A stretch of DNA of 64,000 nt from Tricharina praecox (taxonomy: Eukaryota), in NCBI RefSeq assembly GCF_024521635.1, contig NW_026250407.1:1178001-1242000 (forward strand). Direction: 5' to 3'. This document shows positions 13,242 through 23,535 of the stretch, one piece after another; the stretch's first letter is position 1, and the number at the start of each line of letters is the position of its first letter. The translations under genes and the position numbers were made by a program. Under the pieces are notes generated by a model that saw only the letters and a list, made by a program, of their open reading frames with translations, was not told the DNA's origin and searched no databases.

Positions 13242-13440
13242 AAACAAGACGCAGCAGAGGAAACCCTTCTCCAAACCATCACAAACAAGACGCAACAGGA
13301 AAACCTTCTTCAACCATCGCAAACAAGACGCAGCAGAAGAAACCCTTCTCCAGCGTATCACAAACAAGACGCAACAGGAAAGCCTTCTCCCAACCATTAC
13401 AAACAAGACGCAGCATGAAACCATTCTCCGAGCTATCGCA
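13242..13440. repeat. Minisatellite of five 38-41 bp units, each starting AAACAAGACGCA
   Basis: Units start at about 13242, 13283, 13321, 13362 and 13401; lies between two convergent genes. Confidence 0.9.
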
Positions 13441-13606
13441 TTCGCTCAGGCCATCTTCTCGACAAATCTACTACCCCAACCTCCCATGTAGAAGAGAAGT
13501 GCCAGAAAGATGAAAGACAAGGTAAGAAAACGTGCAAGCCGAAAAGAAAAGGCCGAAAAGAAAAAGCCGAAAAGAAATAGACGAGGGAGAACGAGACAGC
13601 AATCCC

Positions 13607-14765
13607 TTAGTCCCAATCCTCGTCTTCGGCGTCCGAGATGGTAGCCGGCTTCTTGTTCTTCCTCGCGGAGTTCCTCTTGTTGGCATCACGACGGTTGGTG
13701 AGATCGCGCGCGTAGTTATCCCACTCGTCCGACTCCTGTACAGCGACGGTCTTAGGGACCCTGTTCCAACCGCCCCTGGTCGCTGCAGGCTGCTGACCCT
13801 GGGTGCGGACCACCGTTCCAGCGGGCTGCTGACCGGAGGTGCGGACCATAGCTCCTGCAGGCTGCTGGGTTGGGGCGCGAGCCAAAGGTCCTGGGGTGTA
13901 GGAGGGGTGGGTGTACTCCGGAAGGGCGTACTCCCTCTTCTGGGGGTAGTTGCCAGCAGCGGTGACAGGCTGCCAACCCTCGTCAGCAGCAGGATCAGCA
14001 GAAACCATGCTGGAGGTATCGCCGAAGCTGGTGACAGCCGAGTTCTCATCGTTGAACATCCCGGCGTTGGCGGCGGCGGAGCGGCGGACAAGCGGCTTCT
14101 TCTCGGTGGGCTTTGCGCCGTCAAAGTCGCTCTGAATTCGACCCCGACATTAGTGACCACGGAAACCTCGAGCAAGAGAATGGGTGGGTAGCCAAACCAG
14201 TTCGCGCTCACTGTCATCCTGGTCGGTGTCGTCGTCGCCGTCAGAAAACTCGTCGCCGGACCCAGCACCAAGGCCGCGCTGAACACACTTCATGCAGCGG
14301 GCGGCGTCGGGGTTCTTGCGTTGGTTCTTGGCGAAGTGCGTGAGTCCCTTGGTTTTCTCACAATTGCAGCAGGTGAGCTCGGTCACTTGCTGGGGAGTGC
14401 AGGTCTTGCAGGTGGTTTTAGGATCGGTGAGGGTACGGCCGGCCGGAGCGTAGACTAGAACAAAAATACAAATATTAATTCTACCATCCATCCAACGAAG
14501 AGAGGTCTATGAGCTTACCGTTACAGATGGTGTCGGCGAACCTCTGGATCTGGCGATTGGCGTACTGAGACTTCGGCTTCTTTTTCTTGCAGACGTAGCA
14601 GGTGATCTCGTTGGGCACACCTCCGCCGCTGAGAGAACGTGAGCGAACCCGCCCTTATCGCATTGACCACGGGGAGGAAATGACTGACCTGTTACCAACA
14701 TTGACACCCTTCTGGCGTTGGTTGACCAAGTTGCGGCCGACCGGGGGAAGATACGAGGGCGGCAT
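13607..14765 (-). CDS. Stc1-domain tandem zinc-finger protein (4 exons)
   Basis: Spliced product contains ITCYVCKKKKPKSQYANRQ...CKTCTPQQVTELTCCNCEKTKGLTHFAKNQRKNPDAARCMKC, matching the Stc1 domain pattern, then an acidic tract. Introns start GTCAGT, GTAAGC and GTTTGG; the last joins ORF 13607-14059. Confidence 0.85.
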
Positions 14766-15308
14766 TATCTTGAAGTTGATGGTGTAGAATTGTTTAAAGG
14801 GTAGAGAGAGGTTCAGTCTGGGTGGAGTAGTAAAGAAGGTAGTGGAGGGAGAGAAGGAGGTTGTCGCGGGTATTGAGGTTGTCGCGGTTGTCGTGGGTTG
14901 TGGAGGGAGAATAGAAGGTGAGCACGTCAGAAGCCAAGCCCTTGTTGTTCAAAGGAACCGAGCACGTTTTCCCCGCAACCGCCTTCGACGGTCCGCTCCA
15001 TCGGTACCTCGCCGCACTAATGCACGGCGGGGATGTGAGACAAAGAAACCCAAGTTTAGAATGGTCATCATACTTATGCATTTAATTTATGCACAACTGC
15101 AGCGGTTTTGGGTAGGGCTTGACCCGTCCCTCACCCCCGTAGCTAACTGCCGGCGATCGGTCGCTGGTGAACCGATTCAATCAACACCCAGTGACCACAC
15201 TGCACAGCCCAAGATACCTATTACATCATACCAGGCCTCAATGCATGATGTTTAAATTCCATGTCTAGTACGGTACATACCGGTACTGCCGGTACACGGC
15301 TAATTGAC

Positions 15309-15405
15309 CACGATCATTCCCGCTCACTCTGTGACTAGCCCCGGCGACAGATCACGATCATTCAAGCTCGCTCTGTGAGTAACCTCGGCGACACACGATA
15401 TTCAG
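15309..15405. repeat. Degenerate tandem repeat of about 44 bp (two copies plus a partial third)
   Basis: CACGATCATTC...CTCTGTGA...CGGCGACA repeated. Confidence 0.75.
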
Positions 15406-15407
15406 TT

Positions 15408-15735
15408 TCTCACAATGTTGGACCTTCGCCATAGTCTAGATAGGCTGTATGCGAAATAAACTGAAGATCTCTCTCCCTCTCTCCCTCCCTCTCTCTCTCT
15501 TCCTCCCTCTCCCTCCCTCTCCCTCTCTCCCTCTGTCTCTCCCCCCTCTCTCTCCCTCTCCCCCCCTCTCTCTCTTGATGTTGGTTAGGCAGCGGGGCCA
15601 CATCATGCAAGCTGGTAGTGGGATCTCCACCCCTCCCGGCCTGAGTGGGCAGGAAAGGAGTGCGACGGTTCGCCATAGTCTAGATGGGCTGCACGCGAAA
15701 CAAACTGAAGATCTCTCTCTCTCACGATGTTGGAC
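15408..15735. repeat. Direct repeats of about 50 bp (TTCGCCATAGTCTAGAT...CTGAAGATCTCTCTC) flanking a CT-rich microsatellite
   Basis: Copies at about 15425-15475 and 15669-15719; TCTCACRATGTTGGAC is also repeated at 15408 and 15720. Confidence 0.8.
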
Positions 15736-15904
15736 GGAAGTGTGTCGGTTAATGATCCATTGCAGCAATTAGAAAGGGAAATCGATATCACTATTCCGCT
15801 TGCTCCATCTCTACTAGTAGTTTAGAGCATCCCTCGTTGATACGCAGATTCCTACGAGCCATCTTACACATTCCTCGTTGATATGCAGATTCCTATGCGC
15901 CATT

Positions 15905-18048
15905 TTACACTTCCCTCTCCGCAAAGCTCTTGATCAGCCCCTCCAGGGAGGCCTCATACTCGACTAACTTCACCTCTCCATTCACCAGTTTCGTATTCGC
16001 CTGCACAAACTGCTTCCGCGGCAACTTCTTTCTCATCACGACCTCCCTGTACTTGGCCATATGCTCGTTCACGGTGCACATCTCGGCGTACAATTTCTCT
16101 CCTGCGGCAAAGTCGGCAGTGCTCTTGAAGACGTGCAGCTTCTGGAGGTATTTGCCGATGGCGGGAATGCCGTGGCTGCGGATCTTGGTGCGGTCCAGAG
16201 CTATAACCAGGTCGTTGTGATCGGCGGCGGAAGACTCGAGGGTTACGAAGTTGTCGCCAGCCTGGAGCATGGTCTGAAGGATCGAGTAGCGCGCTTGCAT
16301 GTGCCCTTGACCCCACTTCTTGTATTCGGGATCCCAGAATTCGAGGGCGAGGAGACCGGCGCGCGCCATTTGGAGGTATTCGATGTACAGGACTGTGTGG
16401 GTTAGCCCGCGACTCATGCAGCATGGTGGGAGGGAGTGTAAGTACCATCGTCGGCCTTCTTCTCACTATCATCCGTGAACCCGAATATCTTCAACAAATC
16501 TTTTTCACCACCAAGGTACATCGCCACACACTCAGCTCTACACTCCTCGTAACTCGCCGCAATACTACCAAACACGCCACCCCACGTCTCACCTACTCCG
16601 TACCACGTCTTCACCTTCTCCCCAGTGACGGGACTGACGGGAGGGTTGTCGATATCGAAGTTGTATTTCCCCTTCTCGACCTCCTGCAAGAGTTTTCCGG
16701 TACCATGCCCGAGAAGCTCGTGGACGCCGACCTGCACTTCGAAAGCGGAGCCCTTGAGACCCTCGAAGAGAGCGAGGTCACTGTCCTTGACGAAGGTTAC
16801 CTTCTCGTTCGGCGCTTTGGCGGAGAGAATATTTCCCAGTGAGACGTTCTTGAATCCGTGGTTCTGGCGGATATCGTCGTAGTTCGGAATATTGATTCCC
16901 GCCGGAATGCCGCTCGTACAGAAGCTTAGAACCTCCAAACTCGTGAAATCCGGCTTCAGGAACGTATCCTTCTCGAACTCATCTGCCCATGGCAGTCTCG
17001 GAATGAATTCCGAGGCCCTGGCCACCAGCTCTCCAAACTTTTTTGTCTGTTCCTGATTAACCATCGCCACGAACCCCTCCCACTCGGCGCGGATCCCATG
17101 TGGATCCCGGTAGCTCTCGATGAATCCCAGATCCGACTCCACCTTCGGGCCCTTATCCTGCACCCACAGCTTCTGCGACTCCTTGTGTGCGTTGATGGAG
17201 CCAGTCTTGAAAGACTCGGAATACTTCTTGAACATATCCCTCTGCGTATCATTGAGCGCCGCCTCCGCCGCTGCATCACACTCCGCCACGATCTTCGCCA
17301 TCACATCTTTGTGGTCACCGAACACCACTTCCACCTCACCCACCATCTCCCTCCCCTCATCCGCACTCGCCACGAGCAGTTCGAATTTTTCCTTTCCATC
17401 CACCGCCGTCTTCCTGAGCCTCGTGTTCTCCGGCGAGAACTTTCCACTCGTCTCGGCATGAACCTTCGCAATGTCCTCCTTCGTGATCCCGGGCGAGCCT
17501 GGATAATACTGCGACACATGACCATCCTGGGGGTAACCCAGCAGTGTCTTCGCCGCAGGCGCAAAGCTATAAATGCCCTCCGCACACATTTCGAACAGCC
17601 CCTTCAGCTGATCGTTGTACGCCATGAGCTCCTCCAACTTCTCCTTCGGGACACGCGGGACAAACTTCTGGTCGCCGAACGACTTGTAGTTCCCGCAGTT
17701 GCCGAGGAACTGTGCCGCGTACTCGATCCAGTACTGTACCGCCTCCGTGTCCGACGAGAGCTTCAACCAGTCCCCCGAAACGGCTTTGTACGCGGCAAGG
17801 ATCAGGTCGTATATCGCCTCGGATTCGGGCGAGATCTGTCGTAGCACTATCCGTGTGCCTAGGAAGGAGGCCCGCGAGATGTGGTGCGCGTACAGTTTCT
17901 CCGTCGCCGTGAGCGCGTTGAAGTGCGGCGCAATCTCGAGGAGGCAGATCGTCGGTGGGGAGTCGGCGAGGACTGGGAAGTAGGTTGGTCAGTACGTCAC
18001 GCAGGCACGCGGGAAGGGATGCGGATTACGGTTGCTGGGAGTTGCCAT
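15905..18048 (-). CDS. DPP3: Dipeptidyl peptidase III (peptidase M49); 3 exons
   Basis: HELLGH zinc motif, EECRAE, GINIPNYDDIRQ, WGQGHMQAR; N-terminus MATPSN|LLADSPP formed by a short intron; second intron at about 16390-16445. Confidence 0.95.
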
Positions 18049-18463
18049 GGTGATGCGGATGCGGTTGATGGTGGAATTGATGATGGTGCTGAGCTTGGGT
18101 TTGATGATCGACGGGATGAACGAGGCGGGAAGGGATGGAAGATATCTGTCAGATTGCGGGGTAGCTAAGTGAGTACTGTAGGTTCATGCCAAGGTTCAAG
18201 CTGCAGGAGCTGGAGCTTTGAATGCATAAAGCCCCACATATATAGTTAACCATGGCATTCAGCAGCATTTGGGATCCTGCCAAAGAGTCGGAAAGTAATA
18301 TGGAACTAGAACTAGCGTGAACCACGAAACAGATGCCAATTCGATAGATATTTTTATTCACGAACACATACAAAGTCTGAGCATGCAATTAATCAATCGA
18401 TCTGAGAAGTTAGAACCATCCATATAGAGCAAATATCATCCCCAGCCATAAACCCACCCCATC

Positions 18464-19308
18464 CTACGCCTTAACCAACCAGCCCCAAGAACTCGGAATT
18501 GTACACCATCTTGACTCTCCCTTGATCTTCTCCAGCTGCACCTCTTTCCACCCCTCCAGCTCCCCCTCCCCAGTGAATCCCATGAAAACAGGATCAACCA
18601 GCAGTTTATCCGTCGGCCGTGAGAGCTCACATCCAGCGAACGGAATATGCCACACGAAGTCGTAAAACCACTGCAGCCATGCCGTCGTGGAATCGTGGGA
18701 GCGTATGTGCTCGAAGATCCGCAGCTCCCCGCCGCGCTTAAGACGGCGGTGGAGAGCTGGGAGGTGGATGGAGGGATCGGGAATGCTGCAAAGGACCTAT
18801 GGAAGTCAGCCACTGCTGGAAGATCCAGAGGAGAGATGCACACCTGAATGGAAACGAGACAATCCACGCCCTCCTTCGGCACGCCCTCCTTCGCCAGCTC
18901 CTGGGCATCCTCAATTCCACAAGCCACCACTTTACACCTCCCCTCCCAGCCATATTTCACCACCGCCTCCTTCAGCTCCGTATGCATTGCCCTGTTCGGC
19001 TCGACCAGATACAAACTATCCACCTTGTCTTTATCATACCACTGCAGAGTATTTCCCAATCCCGGGCCGATCTCTATAACCACTCCATGTGCGCCAGCAA
19101 TGATCCGCCGCTTTTCTTCGGAGAAGTCCACTGGAAGCGAGGCCCAGATCCGAGAGAAGAACGTGTCGGTGAATGGCGCGGGGCCGGTGAGCGTGTGGTA
19201 GATTGTGGAGGGTAGGTATGCGAGGCTGTAGAGAAGGTATTGCGCGGGCAAGAGGTATTCGCCTGCCCGGGTGGTGGGCGGTAGGACGGTTAGACCGTGA
19301 GATGCCAT
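18464..19308 (-). CDS. Class I SAM-dependent methyltransferase (METTL7/phospholipid MT-like); one intron at about 18798-18843
   Basis: VIEIGPGLG SAM motif I, LVEPN; after splicing SIQ|VLCSIP...LRIFEH...GCEL, typical of METTL7-like enzymes. Confidence 0.85.
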
Positions 19309-20292
19309 TGTGGTTCGGAGAGCGTTGGTGAATAGGTCTTCCGAGAAAGTGGCGGCGACGTTTTTATTACCCATCGGATTCTCTGCCGCGGGGGATTGAA
19401 TCTGCCCGAGCCATTGGCCGCTCCGTGCGCGGACTCGATTCCAATTCTGTAAATAGGAGTAAATCCTCCAGTAATGCATTTGCAATGTGCATCTTCAACT
19501 GATCCCCATTCATCGCTGGAATGGGCTACCTAACTTTCCCAGCAATACGGTGTTTGCCTTCACAGCTATTCACACCATCAAACTCGGTCTTTAAATCTCA
19601 ATGTTAGCCACGTGCATTGCAGAATAACCCCCGATATATTGCCGTGATCTAGATAGGTCACATGCAATTGAGTAACGCGTGAGTTATTCCGACCCGTTAC
19701 AAATTGCCCATCCTTCCATATTACAAATTAAGCTCATCGGCTGCATAAGAGATCTAGGAACCAACTTACCAAGCGATGGAAACGCTTTGGAATGCATGAT
19801 GTGTCTCGAGATTAAGCTAACGACATCGACCATGAGATGGCATCGGAACATATCTGGATACAGATGTTTGGATGAACTCCCGACCCTGCACAATGTGAGT
19901 TTTGCACTGAGGGCGTGTGGCTGTATCGTGTCGTCATGAGTGCCGGCTAACTTAGAAGCTACCATTTCAATTATCGTCCGCCTAGATACATAACTACTCC
20001 GAACCGAAGCACCAGCAAACTCTCTAATTGATTAGACAACACTCAAGTAGAATAGGGGCCCGTAGTGGTGATGTGAGGTGACATGTTCTCTAAGTGATTC
20101 TAAACGCAAGGGGAATCAACGCCTAGAGCGGTAGATTTCTCAAAGCTGGCTGTGTCCGGACACAGCCAGACAAATATCTTCATACAAGACTCCTCTCAGC
20201 TCTCCACAAAAAATGTAGTCATACAATCAGGTACCAACACCCCTCTCCCTCTCTCTCTCCCTTCCTACCTGCCCATCTCCCTATCTCCCCAG

Positions 20293-20658
20293 CTAGAAAT
20301 CCGTAGCCCGTCCATTATACGTCCACTCCCCATGCCTCAGCGGATCATTTTTCGGCCCGCCGACTTCGCCGGTGACCGGATTCTTGTCTCCCTCGAACTC
20401 TGGCTTCGCGCCCCGTCGCAAATCCTTATGCAGCTCGCTCTCGCTGATATCCACCTCATCGGCCTTGACTGTGTGTGAGGTCTGGAATGCTCCCGTCGAC
20501 TCCTTCTGAAGCCGCTCGTATTCTTCTTGCTCTGCTGCTGGCAGGCGTGGTGGCGAGGGGCGGTCGCGGAGGTTGAACACGGCGGACGTGCGGGCGGTGG
20601 TGGACAGGGGGCGCGCAAGACGCGGGAGGACGCGAGGTGTAATGAAGTGGCGTGGCAT
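20293..20658 (-). CDS. SDH8: Succinate dehydrogenase assembly factor 4 (Sdh8/SDHAF4, DUF1674)
   Basis: PPRLPAAEQEEYE and FEGDKNPVTGEVGGPKNDPLRHGEWTYNGRATDF signature; mitochondrial presequence. Confidence 0.93.
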   Translation of the reverse strand: MPRHFITPRVLPRLARPLSTTARTSAVFNLRDRPSPPRLPAAEQEEYERLQKESTGAFQTSHTVKADEVDISESELHKDLRRGAKPEFEGDKNPVTGEVGGPKNDPLRHGEWTYNGRATDF

Positions 20659-20931
20659 CGTGTGCTGTTTCTGTTGTGTTGTGTTGTGTAGACCGTTTCG
20701 TGGGTTCGTTCGTTGGTTGGTTCGTTCTTGAGAAAGTTGCGAGATGGCGATCAATCCCCGGGCACTCCCGGCATTATTTATATCACGCTCCCCCAGCACC
20801 CATGATTCAGCGTGTTCGGCCCGAACATGGTGGCGGCAAATCCCGTTGCGTAAGCGCAGAACCTAGAACTTTGCCCCACCATCTTCATCCCGCCTACACC
20901 CCCGCCACGCATCCTCGAGATTCACCACGAA
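20659..20931. promoter_or_regulatory. Short bidirectional promoter between SDH8 and DPH1
   Basis: Only about 270 bp between divergent start codons; AT-rich TTATTTATAT at about 20775. Confidence 0.6.
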
Positions 20932-22349
20932 ATGCCTGCGGATACAGAACCCACAGATATTGCTCCCGACGCTGCGCCGGCGACAACGAGACAGCCGCGA
21001 AAGCGGTTTATCGGGAAGAAAACGGCCGAGACGTTGCGGCAGCAGAAGACGGATGGTGCTGGTGCTGGTGCTGAGGGGGACAGTGGAAGTATCGAGGATG
21101 CGAGTAGCAAGCTCCAAGGTGCGCATCACCAGCTTCGAGAGGAGTGGGAGCTTTATGGATTGATATGTAGAGAACAGTGGCCGCCTCACGCCCCCTCCGG
21201 GCACCCCGCGCCGTGACGACCATACCCGCCTCGATCCTCGAAGACGCCGACCTGAATGCGGCAATCTCCACTCTCCTCCCCAAAAACTACAACTTTGAAA
21301 TCCACAAGACGGTGCACGCGATCCGTCGGCACTCCTCGAAACGCGTCGCGCTGCAGATGCCGGAAGGCCTGCTCCTCTTCGCCACAACCATCGCCGACAT
21401 CCTCGAGACGTTCTGCTCGGGCGTCGAGACCGTGATCATGGGTGACGTGACATACGGCGCGTGCTGCATCGACGACTTCACCGCACGGGCGCTGGAATGC
21501 GATCTCCTGGTACACTACGCGCACAGCTGCCTGATCCCGGTGGACGTGACAGCGATCAAGACGCTGTACGTATTCGTCACGATCGGGATCGACCCGGAGC
21601 ACCTTCTCGCGACGATGGAGCGCAACTTCGTGGCCGGCAAGACACTCGCGCTGGTGGGCACGATCCAATTCAACGCGGCGATCCAGCGGCTCAAGCCGCG
21701 GCTCGAGGCTGCCGGCTACAACGTGCACATCCCGCAGATCTTCCCGCTGAGCAAGGGCGAGATTCTGGGATGCACCAGCCCCGTCATCGACACCGCCCAG
21801 GTCGACGCGCTGGTCTACGTCGGCGACGGCCGCTTCCACCTCGAGAGCGCCATGATCCAGAATCCGCGCCTGGCCGCCTACCGCTACGATCCGTATTCGC
21901 GGAAGTTCACGCGGGAAGGGTACAACCACACAGAGCTGCACACGCTGCGCAGGGACGCCATCGCTGCTGCGCGGAGGGCAAAGAAGTTTGGATTGATCCT
22001 GGGCACCCTGGGGAGACAGGGGAACCCGAATACCCTCGATCACCTCGAGAAGCGGCTCAAGGAAATGGGCATCGATTATGTGCTCCTGCTGCTGAGCGAG
22101 ATCTTCCCCGGGAAGCTGAAAATGTTCGAGGATGTCGAGTGCTGGGTGCAGGTCGCGTGTCCGCGGCTCAGCATCGACTGGGGATATGCGTTTCCGCGGC
22201 CGTTGCTGAGCCCGTACGAGGCGACCATCGCGCTGGGACTCAGGGAGGAGAGCTGGGATGAGACAAAGGGGTATAGGATGGACTTTTATGCGAAAGAGGG
22301 ACTGGGAAGGACAAAGAGGGGAGGTACGCTACCGGGCTTGGAGAGTTGA
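20932..22349 (+). CDS. DPH1: Diphthamide biosynthesis protein 1; exons 20932-21118 and 21178-22349
   Basis: [58 protein letters not shown]-terminal motif. Confidence 0.96.
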
Positions 22350-22887
22350 TGTTGCAGACATCGAGTGAGAGGGTGTGAATACACGCGTTTTGCTGGTCAC
22401 TCGGACTCTCATGGTGAATCGTGCTTGTTTCCAGTAAAGATTCCGCCGCTCTCAACATCCGTAAGTCCATTCATCAATCCATCCATCCATCCATCTATGT
22501 ACCCACCCACCCAGAAAATAGATAACTCGCACATGCGACATCCGAAAAACAAGTTCTTCTCAGCGCAGCAAATGGTAAAAAAAAAAGAGAAAAAAAAAAC
22601 GCCCTCGTGATATACGGTACAAAAAATAATACTGAAAAAAATGCCGTGTATTTTGGCCTGATCCGCACAAGAAAAAAAGATACCGCCGAGTCTCAATACG
22701 ATCTGATTCAAATCATCTCTAAGATGAGTTTCCCATTATCCCAAATGGCCCCCCACGAAAAAAAAATCTCTCACATCAGTCAGTCAGGTCGAAAACCCGA
22801 ATCACCGCTCGAAAGTCTGGACCCGCGTACCGTCTTATGTGTATCATGAGATTAACCTCGACCGCGACGAAACGTTCGATTCAGCAC

Positions 22888-23535
22888 TTACGAAGCCTTC
22901 CAGATGAAGAATCCCTCTTTGCGATCCTGCAACTCGCGCTCGGTATTGGCGCGGACCTCGAAAAAGTTGATGCTCAGGCTATCGTATTTAGCCTGGTAGG
23001 TTTTCAAACTCATGGTCTTGCGGTTGCCGCAACCTCCGCCATGATCGATATCCGCCATGAGGCTTTCGATAACCTCCAGTAGGGTCTTCATCTCTGCGCG
23101 ACGTTTCTCGTCCATCTCCTTCTCCATCACGCAGGCCGAGCAGTGTTCCTGCCTTCCGGCACGGAGTAGCGTCCTGTGGAATCGGTCGCAGACGAACTCG
23201 TGCTTGTTGAAGCACGTGCGCTTGAACTTCTCGCTCGTGGTCTTGGAATAGCATACGCCGCAGGTATGCGCCATGGGCTCCCATTTGGGGTGATGCTTCT
23301 TGACGGGGGTGGGGAATTTCTTGAAACCCGGGGATGAGTGGTTCTGGTTCGGCGTCGGCGAGGACATTTCCGCATCGTCTCGAAGAAGGGGCTCCAGCTC
23401 GTGGGTGTCAGGGCCATTGTGCCAACCGGTTCTACCGCGTCGGCGCTTTCCCGAAGAATTGAGGCTGCTGCCGCCGCCGTTCTTGCTCTTGCTCTTAGCC
23501 ACAGGCGGTTTACGTTTTCCGAACGTCTTCGCCAT
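22888..23535 (-). CDS. Hypothetical protein with basic N-terminus and a Cys/His cluster
   Basis: Intact 215-aa ORF with a good start context (CAAGATGG); CGVC...C...H..C..FH...CSAC followed by a helical region. Confidence 0.65.
   Translation of the reverse strand: MAKTFGKRKPPVAKSKSKNGGGSSLNSSGKRRRGRTGWHNGPDTHELEPLLRDDAEMSSPTPNQNHSSPGFKKFPTPVKKHHPKWEPMAHTCGVCYSKTTSEKFKRTCFNKHEFVCDRFHRTLLRAGRQEHCSACVMEKEMDEKRRAEMKTLLEVIESLMADIDHGGGCGNRKTMSLKTYQAKYDSLSINFFEVRANTERELQDRKEGFFIWKAS

Noticed and set aside
13242..13440. CRISPR-like appearance of regularly spaced repeats
   Set aside because: Eukaryotic context, spacers homologous to each other, no cas genes
13471..14286. 271-aa (-) and 219-aa (+) ORFs
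   Set aside because: Alternative-frame and antisense shadows of the spliced Stc1-domain gene
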